DNA from: Ruditapes philippinarum
Lineage: Eukaryota
Direction of reading: 5' to 3'
Assembly (NCBI RefSeq): GCF_026571515.1
Contig: NW_026852972.1
Span: forward strand, 1 to 64,000
Length of the DNA: 64,000 nt
Below, one piece after another: positions 24,851 to 37,470 of the stretch (position 1 is the stretch's first letter; every line of letters starts with the position of its first letter). A model generated the notes under the pieces. The model was given only the letters and a program-made list of their open reading frames with translations, searched no databases and was not told the DNA's origin. A program made the translations under genes and the position numbers.

Positions 24851-26886
24851 ATAGTTTACGTTAAAAAGTAATCTACTATGAAACTTGTGAAAAAACAGTT
24901 TTCATACGCCGCGTATCAGTCATATATGTGTAGAAACTAATACGGACAAATGAAGAAGAAATAGCTTTGAATGCATTGTATATATATTTCTCTGCAATAT
25001 GAGATATCACTTCAGAACTCTTGCTATGCCAAAACACAAGATCTCAGCGATACCGTTTGTTTTCAGGGTAATTAGCAGACGAATTGTTACGACGACTATT
25101 AATGATTATTGATCTAAGATGCTTTCGAATAACCTTACGTATTGGTATATAGGAAAAGTACTAATGTACATATATATATGTGTGTAAGAAATAAATAATG
25201 ATTGTATCAAAAAATAGTGTAAAAGAAACGCATTCCTATAAACCCGGTTATTTTGAAGATGATATTTGAGGTGATTTTTATTTTTAAATGTATGTCATAT
25301 TCATTGAAATACTTTGTTTCAATACATTTAGTCTAAAAAATACGTATCTTTGTACATTTTAATATTCTATGTAAATGTCATTTATGTACGCTGGTTAAAC
25401 TAAAAAATAAATAAACATGATTTCGATGCGAAAAATAGAAAAGACCCGTGATTTCTATGCATCAAATACTGAAAAAACTTCGTTAATGACGTTTACGAAT
25501 ATCACATTATATTTAAAATAAAGAAAATATTAAAAACTGTTTTTGACTGCAATAAAAATTGCACTGTTAATTATTCGTTTATCAACCAAAGACCAGAGCA
25601 ATGGCGGAAATATTTTGTTGAGGTTATTTAGATGTGCGTTTACCACGGGACCGGCATATAGTTTGTAGAAATATCAGTCTCTTCTATTCGTCATCATTTT
25701 CTGGAAAATAATTTGAAAGCTTCAGAACAAACTTAACCTTTAAGAACCTATGGGGAAAAGTAATTTGCATTTGTTACAGCAAAGTTTTTTTCCCCAAATA
25801 TCCTTTATTTTGTGTGCTTAGGTTCACCGGAAAAAAGATATAAAAATATCCTTAAAGCACAATAAAATTTATTTACTGCCTCGTTGCTTCTCATTTGCAT
25901 TAAGACGGGAATCGCGTGGACCGTCGATATGCTACCAATCAGATAATTTTGACCGTTTAGAGGTATCCAATGAAATCAGGTTTGATCACGCGCTGCCTTT
26001 TGCGACTGGTCAATTAGTAGATCTTGACCACGCCTATCAGTTAATAATAATTAGTGGTGTGTATGTATTTTAATTAGTTTAAGACATTAACATAATCAAT
26101 GCCATCTTTGATTATTCTTATGCAAAAATTTCAAGTATAATGGCTTTAAAATTATTAACGTCTATGAAAACGCGCAGATAATATTAGTCGTGCACGCAAA
26201 GTAATANNNNNNNNNNNNNNNNNNNNNNNNNNNNNNNNNNNNNNNNNNNNNNNNNNNNNNNNNNNNNNNNNNNNNNNNNNNNNNNNNNNNNNNNNNNNNN
26301 NNNNNNNNNNNNNNNNNNNNNNNNNNNNNNNNNNNNNNNNNNNNNNNNNNNNNNNNNNNNNNNNNNNNNNNNNNNNNNNNNNNNNNNNNNNNNNNNNNNN
26401 NNNNNNNNNNNNNNNNNNNNNNNNNNNNNNNNNNNNNNNNNNNNNNNNNNNNNNNNNNNNNNNNNNNNNNNNNNNNNNNNNNNNNNNNNNNTGTGCGCAC
26501 CTAACCAATTTATTTTTGTTAGTACGTACTAATAAACTTTAACCTATACTTAATTAATATTGTATTGTAAAATTTGGTTCGTAAGCAATAGCTATTTTTT
26601 TAATACACCATGAACAGAATGACGTTCTACGACATTGCGCTGGCACCCTTACTTCAACGATATGCAGACGATATTTTACTTCTGCTTACTATATACATAT
26701 ATTTTAAACTGCCACTATATACATGTTATTTAAAGTGGAATTGTTTTCCTTAAATGCAATCTGTTAAAAAGCCTATCTGTTAGTAAAGTTGCCATAAAAA
26801 TATCTCGATAAATGATTGTTTGCTAAATCAGTGAAGTTCGTGAAAACTCGTCTTTATTTTGCCGCTCCCGACAAAACAACCAACAA

Positions 26887-26888
<2 letters not shown>

Positions 26889-26919
<31 letters not shown>
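26889..26919 (+). repeat. Poly(A) tract
   Basis: Run of about 31 A. Confidence 0.9.
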
Positions 26920-26920
<1 letters not shown>

Positions 26921-28987
26921 AAAGCATACAAGAAGAAAAAGCACAACACGACACACCGGAGATTTTTTATTTTATTTTTTGTGTGTATGTGTGTTCCTGC
27001 CCGGCTTCTCAACCTTATAAAGATGTGATGTGTTCGTGCACAATACTATTCTAGCAGGAATGTATGGTGTGTTCCCTCTCGGTTTAGCAACTAAGCCTAT
27101 GATTTCGTTGTATTGCCTATCTTGTAGGACTATAATTTCTTATATTATGATCTATTTTAACTCAAGAAAATCTTATAAAAAACCTCATACTTAAATTCTT
27201 TCTTATCCAAAATGCATGTATTATGCATCTTGCACAGGGGATATAAGGGGATACTAGTATATCGATTATTGTTTTTTCATTTTTATGTATTAATCTGGAG
27301 ACAGTGTTTTTCTTGCTATCTTTTATAAAAGAATGGCGATCCTCAAATATTTTCCTATTAATTTGCAAGTTTTATAGACTTTGCTTTTTGCACGGTCCAA
27401 TATTTAAGTGTGCATTTTTCACGCTTAACATTTTATATTCAGCGTATTCATTTCTATATGTAGTTGTTCAGTGTGTGTAGCTAGGTAAGCGCCCGTAATT
27501 ACTATGAGAGATTTTTTTAGTAAATAATACATCCGTAACATTAATTTTCCAATGTAAAAAGTACATCATAAAGTATGTATAGGCATTTTTTGTCAGCCAC
27601 CGCCCCCATTATTTTTCTTAATTGATCACATTATATTGTGATATTTCTCGCATCGCGTTATTAAATCATCGATATGATTTTTCCATGTTCAAGTTTTATC
27701 AAATTTTCATTCCCTAGTAATTTCGCGGGATATTTGTATTAAGTTCAATGAAAGTTTGGATGTTTTTTTCGCTACCATTTCTTATGTTTTTCTATAAATC
27801 ATAAATTTGCTTTTTTGATAGATTTATATTATGAAACCGCTTTAGTCCAGTCATCTATTTACAGTGAGTTATGTTTTTTTGTTTTTTCTATGGAATTTAC
27901 TTATTTTAGATGGTTTGTTACTTAATATATTTCAAAAAATGTCAACGACTCCAAGCAAATTATTAAAATTTGTTTAATGTTAGATTTTCTTATCATAGTA
28001 TTGAACCGAAACACCGTTATCCCGTTCGGTAATATTCCTTGATATTCGACGACCGGTCATTATTCGAAGACTGACGAATAGGGCCGAAAAGTTGCGACTT
28101 GATTTCTAACATGCAATTCGCAATTTTGGTATTTGTATTTCAAGAGATAACTTTTGAAATGTTGAACCTGATTCTTTATCTTGTAGACGCTTGTTCTGAT
28201 CGAGGTAATGCGGTCAAAGCGCCTTATGACCCCGATCAAATTAAGTCAAGCACCTTCGGATACCTGATATTTATGAATGTCAAGAGTGAAGTAAGTTAAA
28301 GCGCCTGAAATGATCGCGATCAGATAAAAGAGAAGCGTCTACGAGTGTTCGATATATATGGCATTCAACGATACAGGGGTCCGTTAAGTTACTATTGCCT
28401 TAAGGTGTATTCTTATATGTTGTCGATAAAATATAAAAGCGGCTTAACAAATAAGCCAGATTATCGGAAAGCTGTTGTTCTTCATTAAAGGGTTGCTGCC
28501 GGTAAATGAGTTCTGTTGTAAAGGAGTTTAAGTTGTCGTATCTCCCCATTTTTTTGACGACGAGGCATTTTTCTAATAACACATATAAATTGAACATGAT
28601 AGTTATTACTGCTCGACTTGCTTGTACATAGTGCAGCCTCAAACATTATAATGTAAGACATTGATTGAAATACATATATAACATTTATGTGTCAGTACCA
28701 AATCTAAAATGCATTAAATGAATACATGTATACACAACAGCTAATCATCATCATCATCATCATCATAATCATCATCATTATCAGCAGCAGCAGCAGCAGC
28801 ATGAGAATTCCTTTATTCATTGGTAATTTGAAAATAAGAACTGCATAAGCTAAACCCATCCCAATTTACATTCAAGTGATTGAACGGTAATCATCCAATG
28901 AATGAATGGATGAATGAATGAATGAATGAATGAATGAATGAATGAATGAATGAATGAATGAATGAATGAATGAATGAATGAATGACA

Positions 28988-29166
28988 ATGAATAACCCTT
29001 TGAGAATGTTGTAAGAACTAATATTTAACTCGATGTGCAGATACAGTACGAAATTAATTAATTAATTAATTAATTAATTAATTAATTAAATTAATTAATT
29101 TCGTACTGTATCTGCATATCGAGTTAAATAATAGTTTTCCTACAACATTCTCAAAGGGTTATTCAT
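28988..29166. repeat. 179 bp near-perfect palindrome with (AATT)n centre
   Basis: Arm atgaataaccctttgagaatgttgta...gatacagtacgaaatt is mirrored by aatttcgtactgtatc...tacaacattctcaaagggttattcat. Confidence 0.93.
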
Positions 29167-29945
29167 GTGCAACATTTTTTAAAACTAAAATGAAATAGAT
29201 TTAAAATGTTTTTGACAATTTTAAAAGCTAAATTCGACATTGACGAAAAGGTAAAATATACTTACAATTACAGTAAGGTGATACACAACACTTTAGATAT
29301 TTTTTCAACATATCAAAAAAAAAATTATTTGTTCATAATTTCGAAAATAATATTTTTTTTTACAAAATTCAATGATCGACATGACATACAATATATTAAC
29401 TTTGCAGACAGTTTGAAATAAATATCAATTTCATTGCAAAATATCAATTTTCTCTATATATAACTTACCTAATCAGCATTTTCACTATATATTAAGTGGT
29501 CAAGCGCATTTGCTCGCCTGAAATGAAGGTTAATTTGCTGACCATATAGAAAAAGAAGAGTTTTACGGCTTTTATCAATTAAATTAATATTAAATTTGAT
29601 CAGCATTTTATTTTTGTACTAATTTAATCGTTGACATGACTTAATACAATATATTAACTTTGCAGACAACATAAAATGAATAATAATTTCACGGCAAAAT
29701 ATCATTTTTCTCTGTACAACTTTCTCGCTTGCATGTAAAGAGCGTTAAATTTACCGAACTTAAAGAATAAAAAGTTTTACGGCCTTAAACAAAATTGAAT
29801 TAATATCTAGGTGATCAGCAGTTTTTCACAAATTTAAATGGTCGGCATGATTTAATAAAATATGTTTTCCTGAATGTAAAGGCGTTATATTAATTAATTA
29901 ATTAACTAAATAAAGAAACAATCTTTTAAGAGCTAATTTCCGTCG

Positions 29946-32900
29946 TAACATAACATAACATAATCTTTATTTCTCTCAATACATGTATACATGCAAATAT
30001 GAGGAATTTACAAATAAATGATATAATCATACGAGGCTCATAAAAGATGACAAACAAAACATGCTAATCAATAATTACAAATTTTAGAACTAATGCAATA
30101 TAAATAACACAAGTATTTTCAGTGAATAGTTAAGTTCTTATCTTTTGAATAATACATTTAACAAATTTACACAATTTGGAGAAATTCAGATTTGTTTTTA
30201 GTACACATAAGATGTTCTAGTTTAAAAAAATGTTTGGTCGTTGATAATATACTTTTTTCAAAAATCGTTTTCTTTCTTCGTTAAATTGACAACATTCAAG
30301 TTTAAATAATGAAATTCGTCGCCAATTTTATTTTGACAATTAGGACAAAAAATCTTTAGTTAATTGGAGTACTGGACCAATTTCCCGTTTCTATTGGAAA
30401 TCGATGATTTCTTGTTCGAAATTTAATAAAAAAGTACAGTAATGAACTATCTAAATTTGCCAAGTACGATTCAAATCCATAAAGTTTTCTCTTAATTATT
30501 CTATTAAAATAAACTGTTACTCGAAATTTTCAATGTTTATAATACCACTCATTTAAAAAAAAATCTTTTAACTTTTGTTTAACAGAAAGTTTGAGCCACT
30601 CAGAGTTTGTAAATGTGTTGTCGAACCACACTTCTGATAGACCACATTTGATTAAAATAGTTTTGACATTAAAAACCATGGAAATTTCTTTTTTAAGCAA
30701 AATTATCACTTAAACCAGCTGCCTGAGTGTAGTAAGTTATTATAGACAAGAATTGACAATTTATTATTAGCGTTAACACCGTCGTTATTACATAATTTTG
30801 ACCAGAATGATATTATCCTTTCTTCGATGTCAATAGCTAGAGGCATACAACCGGTCTCTCCATAAACAAAATAATTTGCTGTTGACTTTTTTAATTTAAG
30901 AATAATTTTTAAAAACCTTAGTTGTACTCGCTCAATAATGTCGAGATTACCAAATCCCCAAATTTCTACACCGTACAGTAAAATCGGCTTAATTGTTTTT
31001 GTTAAATAATTCAATTTGTAAATCAATTGGAAGATTGAGACGATTAGAATTTTTTAATTAAACTATACATGGCTCTTGTAGCTTGGCTCGCGATATGTTT
31101 TTTTTACATTTTAGAAAAGAAACCTGTTTTACTAAAATAAATTCCAAGATATTTGTACTCATTTACTACCTCGATAGGTTTCGTTTTTGAAAGTAAAATT
31201 ATACATTTGTTGTCTACCTTTAGAAAAAACTACGATTTTTGTCTTTGACGTATTAACCTTAAGTTTCCAAGTATCACAGTATTGTTCATATATATTTAAT
31301 GCTTTTTGTAAATCATCTGCTGTTTCTGATATTATAACCGTATCGTCAGCATAGAGTAATATAAATAATTTTAAAAGACAGAGAAAAGCTCATTTGTATT
31401 ACTTCCATTTACCAATGTTATTCCATGTACGTTACTATCATTTAAAAAATACGATTCTAGATCGTTTAAAAAAAAGTGAAAATAGCAATGGCGATAAAAT
31501 TTTCTCCTTGTCGTACACCTATATTACAAGGAAAAAAAAATAGAAAAACAAGAATTTACCTTAACACATGACTTAATATTACTGTACAAATTTTTAATGA
31601 CCTGAAAACATTTTCCATTAATATTTGAGTTTATCAGTTTTTCCCGTAAACCATTTCTCCATCTGTGTCAAATGCTTGTTTAAGATCAATAAAGGAGCAA
31701 AAAAGCTTTTTTCCATTGTTATTAAGATAATGAAAATGTGTTGCAAAACAAATAAATGATCTGAAGTAGAAAAACCTTTCCTAAAACCTGTCTGTACATT
31801 GTTAATTATTTCATTAGATTCAACATAATCAGTTATTCTTTTATTTAAAAATACAAGTAAAAACTTTACCTAAACAACTTAACAAAGTTATAGGCCTATA
31901 ATTTCCAGGGTCAGATTTGTCCCCTTTGTTTTTATATATTGGGTTGATTATACCAATAGTCCATGATTCAGGAATTATACCGGTATTTAATATTAGGTTA
32001 AAAAGTTTAACATATATTGTTTTCATTAATGGAAATGTTGCTTTAAGGTGTTCATTTACTACATTGTCATATCCACTGGCTTTATTATTTTTAAGGGTTT
32101 TTGATTGCATACTCAATTTCATTGTCTGTGATTGGAACATTAATCTGTTCGTTACTTTCATTTACTTCATTAGAAATTTGGTCCATCTATAATTTCATCA
32201 CTTTCATCATTTTAAAATTTACACTTTTAAAGAAATTATAAAGGTCAGTTAGGTCAGCCTCGTAATTTTTGTTTTGTTTTTTGTTTAAAATTTTCCAATA
32301 GTTTCGTGGGTCTTTACCTTTAAAGATTTCGCAATTTACTTATACTTTCTTTTTTCTCATTTCTATAGAATTGTTTTAACGTGCCTTTATATATTTTTGC
32401 GTTTTGTTTCAAGTTTTCCTTTGTGGTTTCGTTTTTTTTCTTAATTTATAAAGTGCTTTGCAGTGTGAAAATTTTTTTCTAGCCTTTTTACATTTTGGTC
32501 CAAACCAAGGTTTGGAATTATTAGTTATTTTTTTTTGTTATTAATATCTTTTATTTTTGTATGTCCAAAAATTTCACGGGACGTATTTGAAAATAATGAC
32601 GATATGGTTTCAGTTATTATGTCAGCATTTTCTTGAGTGAAATTATTATTGACTTCAAAGTTATCTAATGCTTCATTAATGTTTTGTATTTCATTAACAT
32701 CTATCTTATTTAAAAACTCATTTGTTTTAGTGCTATCCCAAAGTTTTATGGTAGGTTTCTCCATTTGTACACTACATTTGCTCAATTCAAAAGCTTAATT
32801 TAAGTTCCACAGGGTTATGTACGTCTGACATTAAGGGACAAAAGTCTAACACATTAAGAGACACAATTTGCTTAAAACAGTTTGAATTACAGATAAAATA

Positions 32901-34615
32901 ATCAACAGTACTTGTGCCTTTACACGTTGTTTTCCCCCGGAATATCCATATTTGTTCTACCGTTTAAAATGTTATAGACAATTAAGTTTTAAAAAATCGA
33001 GTAATTGGGGATCCATAGTTGTTAGACGTTTTGTCACTATTTATACTGGTCCGTTTAAACATTAACTGCCGAGTCGAACATACTCATCTCAATATTATAT
33101 TCTGAACAAAGTTCTTCTAAATTTTGACTTTCAAAAAAATCTGTGTCAAGTATAATATAATCATCTAAAGATTTAGTTCTGCTATTGAAATCTCCAAATA
33201 GACGAAATGAGTCATATTTATCAATAAAATTACTATAATCGTTCTGTATCTCTAAAAAGGGGTCCTCAAACTGAATATTCTGAATATTCGGGTGGTATAT
33301 AAATAACACCACACAATAGATCATTATCAGTTTTACATATTGATTTTTGACACAGTAAACCATAACACCAATTTACAATCTGTTTCTATGATCTTAACGT
33401 ATTTTGAAATATCTTTTCTGACAAATAATGCTAAACCCCCTGATTTACGACGAGTTCTGATATCATGTCTATTTTTTTCATAAATACATCATAACCAGGT
33501 AAATCTATAAAGTCTAAGTTATCACATTTAGTTTCTTGTAAAACAATAATACAATATTGCTCTAATAACTTTGTAAATTCAGGGCAGCCTAGTTTCGATT
33601 TTAAACCACAGACATTTAGAGATAAAATACTAAACAGTTCTGCATCTAGAGAATCTTTGTTGCTCAGTAATTCGGATTCAGATAAATTTAAGTAGCTAGT
33701 CGAATTACCTCCCTTGTTTACTTCAACATCATTTACAGTAAAAAAGTTTAAATCATTAAATCCGGTGCAATCAATTTTATGGGTAACATTTGGGCTAATA
33801 TACCCTGCATTATTTAGGTTACTATTCATTGTATACAAATTCGTAAAGACATCATGACTTGTTAAGTAGTAATAATAAAAAAATTCCCTAGGATCGTAAT
33901 TCGCATATAAAAAATGATTAACATTCCAAGGTGATTTAAAGCTGTTATAACAGTTATATAAATACCATGATCTGTAACTGTAAAGATAATACATGTAGTA
34001 CATACACGTTTCATAGTAACTGACAGACAAATAATAAGAGTTTAACAAAGCATAATAATTGTAAATGTCTAGTCCGTTAAACACGTTACTGTTATCTGCA
34101 CTACACTGTTTATATTTTGGTATTTTTTTTGTCTGCATTATAAAAGTGAGGTTCCCCCTAGGGGGGTTACAATAGTAAAAGTCAAAATCCTTGAGAATAA
34201 TACCGTGTCAGCATCGTATCGATCTGACTCTTTTCTCAATAAGAACTCCATTGTTGTTTGATCCATTGCACACAATCATCAGCTGTAGCATTCCGTTTTA
34301 AGTTGCAATCAGACTCTAGCGGCGAGCGTTCTTTACGTTTTTGAACTGCCTATCAATATCCATAGTGTCGTAATAAAGAGCATTAAATCTGTTAGGAGTT
34401 TCAAAAGTTAGTGTTGTAGTATTGGTATTCTGAATATGACGTGACTGCACTGCACCAATTCGTTGGTTTTGAGAACTCCTGGGCACTAAAGTACTCTACT
34501 CGATCCCCAATGCGTTCACGAGAATTACTGGTTGGACTGGGATGGCGTACATAATGTTTGTCCAGTTTTGTCAGTATATTTTCCACTATTTGGGTTAAAT
34601 AACTGATTATTGATG
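29946..34615 (-). mobile_element. LINE A: non-LTR retrotransposon (RTE-X/CR1-like), 5'-truncated within ORF1
   Basis: 3' end AATAAA + (TTATG)n tail at ~29946-29972. The host satellite is interrupted at 29945 and resumes at ~34616. It encodes an ORF1 tail (TPNRFNAL, KRKERSPLE) and a full APE-RT ORF2. Confidence 0.92.
30140..34138 (-). pseudogene. ORF2 of LINE A: AP endonuclease + reverse transcriptase + C-terminal Cys/His motif, frameshifted
   Basis: SLNVCGLKSK..LQETK, GDFNSRT, KASGYD, KGDKSDPGNYRPITLLSCLGKVFT, GVRQGE (~31505), LYADD (~31342-31356), KPILLYGVEIWG, RTRNHRFPIETG. Confidence 0.95.
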
Positions 34616-34969
34616 TAAACTGTATGTAAAATTTACGGCTAATTGATCCACATTTTGTTTATGTTTTTGTGTGATATATCCAAAGATGGTCATTTGTGTT
34701 TTTCACACCATGCAATTCGATCTCAATCTGATTAAAGGGTAATAAAACTTAATTTATGGAATGTTTTCACAAGATTTTGGGGTGCGAACATCCAATTTTC
34801 AATTTCAAATTTTATTGCCTGAAACATTATACAATGTTTATAGCAGATAAACAATATAAACATATATACCTGTCCAATGGATAAGACATGAGTAAAACAA
34901 TTAACAAGAGCTTAACAAACAGACAAAGAGAAGAAGTTCAATACAATATTATCAAAATATGGTGCTTTA

Positions 34970-36363
34970 AACAATACGAATTTTATTTGCAGAAAAAATG
35001 AATTTTGCTAAGTTATATAAAGTATTTTTTGATGACGAACACTTGATATTTTCAAATTTGTTTAAAGAAGGCTTAGCTTTCTTTTTAAACCTATTATATC
35101 GTGTCTTGGCTTTAACAAACCTTTGTTTATTTTCATCCGTTTTATTCCTATTATGCAAGTTCTTAAGAGATTTAAATTTGATCTTTTCTTGTTTACATTT
35201 GCTATCAAACCATAAGTGATTTTCGTATTTAATTTTGTATTTTTTTGTTATTTATCTACCGAATACAGTTTCAGCTGCTGAATGAAGTAAATTTGTGAAT
35301 TGTGTGGCAGATTCATTGACGTCACCAGAATTAACTTGTGTTATCAATTTATTAATTGACTCATATCATTTCTTAAAAGACAATTAAAAGAGTTTACCTT
35401 ATTTGTGTCAAAAACTATTGTTTTTATATTATTTTGAGTGTTTTCTGATTTCGTACCGTCAAACTCTAATGTAACACTGAATTTAGACTTTAATTCAAAA
35501 GACATACACGCATGATCGGAGAATTCATTGAAATCATTTATAGAAAAAATTGTCTATATATTTTGAAAGTATCATATTTAAGTAGAAGATAGTCTAAAAC
35601 ACTGGCACCCCTATCGTTACAAAAAAAGTAAAATCTCCTGAAGTATCATTTCCTAATCGGCCATTTGCAATTAAAAAAACCGGTCGATTGACATAATTGT
35701 AACAGATTTTCTCCCATAAGAATCAATGACCTTATCTTTACTACATCTTGCGTGAGATATCTATCATATTTAAAATAAATGAAAAAGGTTGATTGTCATC
35801 TAAGTAATTTATCAAAAACAATAAAAATCGTAATCATCAGAAATTCTACTATTCATGTCACCAGTAATGAGAACATGGCCTAAGTTTTCATAATGAACAA
35901 TATTTGATTCTGAAGCAATCAAAAAAGTCAAAAGTATTATTTTCTAATACAAACGAATTATTACTTTTGGGTCTCTTGTAAACATGGCATAGATAATATC
36001 AGTATCTTGTGAAAAAGAGTTCTATCTAAATTTTTTAATCGCCAAAATAGTCCATTGATGTTTTTTTTTCAATTATACTTATTTTATCTTTAAGATATGT
36101 TTTTATAATATACGAGAAAATACCTTCCGAAAAACGTCCAGTCTTTTTGTGTTTCGATTTAACTCCATATAAATGATTATTTAAAACTATCAATGTTAAA
36201 GATTTGTTCTATTTTTCACTAGAAATCCACGTCTCAATTAAAAAAAATAATGTCAAAAAACACTTTGATATAGTCAATAAAGTCATGATCCCTAACTTTC
36301 CGTTTTAAATCCGTTTATATTCCATGCTCCTACGCTAAGGGATAGCTCTTGACCCCCCCCCCC
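34970..36363 (-). pseudogene. ORF2 N-terminal half of LINE B (AP endonuclease and linker)
   Basis: GAWNINGFK, ETWIS, GDMNSR, ANGRLGND, FNEFSDHACMSF, LWFDSKCK. It ends before the RT domain. Confidence 0.88.
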
Positions 36364-37470
36364 CTAAATGGAGTCCATGTGCTCATGGGTCGCTGAAGTG
36401 TACCGGTCGTCCATTGATAAAAAGCTCCTTACCGATAAATTTAACATTTTCCCAGCATTTTTTGCCTGTCGCATTACGCTATACAAGGGTTTGCGTGCAT
36501 CTCGAACCTCTTTCGGGAGTTGAGCCCCTATGCCAATGTTAGCTTCCTTCAGGGAAGTATTCTTCTCAAAGATGTTTTTACGCACTAGCTCACGTTGCCT
36601 GTTATAGTGAAACGTAGCTATTAATAGGGCGAGGTTCCCGGGGGACGCGTTTCGACGAAAAGGGCGGCATGCATTATCGATAAAGAGGTCCTCCGTGATT
36701 TCTATATGTTTATGGATAATGTCTTGAACGATCTTTTGGCAGTCTTCCGGTCTATCAGCCGTACTTCGGTATACCATATAAAACACAAGGTTGTCCTTCA
36801 TTGATTCATTTCAAGATCAAGTAACTTTTTCTCAGTGTTTTGCTTTGTTGTCGGACATTGTTTTTGAGTTTTTCTTCAAAGGATGAACAAGACTGTTTAA
36901 GTGTTTTATTCTCCTTTTTGTTTCGATCAAAGCATTATTATTTTCTTCGAACTTATCCCCGAGATACGAGGTTGCGATTTCTGTTTCTGTCACGCGCTTG
37001 TCGATATCTTTCACTTTGATTTCAAGGTCGGAAAGTTTTAGACTAATTGAATTAACTGTTTTTTCTATTTTGTCTATTTTCTCCAAGGGTTTAATTTCGA
37101 TTTGATGTCTCTAAGGGTCTTCCTAATTTCTAATCCACGGCGGCTGTTGAAGTCCAACACCGAATGGAGAAATTCGGAGGCGGGCTGTGCCCGTAACCTG
37201 GGACGGGTATCCCATATGGCCCCTGTGAAAAAGCCATTCCATATAAACCCAAAATAATGGGATGTGTCAGCTTTTGGTTTTTTTGACAATTGTCACATAT
37301 CCAAATATTGACCACTCGTAACGGATGAGTAACTCCCAACACAGTGTGTTGTCCGCATTGCCTATCTTCTCATGTACAATGTCCGATATTGGTGAGATTA
37401 TCTTGCGTTTTTCTTTACGTGATTTAACCACTTTTTCATTAGAATTTCCGAAATTTATTCCGTTTGACAT
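36364..37470 (-). pseudogene. ORF1 of LINE B (basic N-terminus, coiled coil, RRM-like DNLVFY domain), frameshifted
   Basis: ORF-track pieces 37267-37560, 37130-37342, 36832-37086 (heptad-rich) and 36364-36801 (MKDNLVFY..EDCQKIV..QLPKEVRDARKPLY). Confidence 0.85.

Noticed and set aside
25900-26040. Two CCAAT boxes in a CpG-richer patch (promoter-like)
   Set aside because: No downstream gene could be identified, and motifs this short occur by chance.
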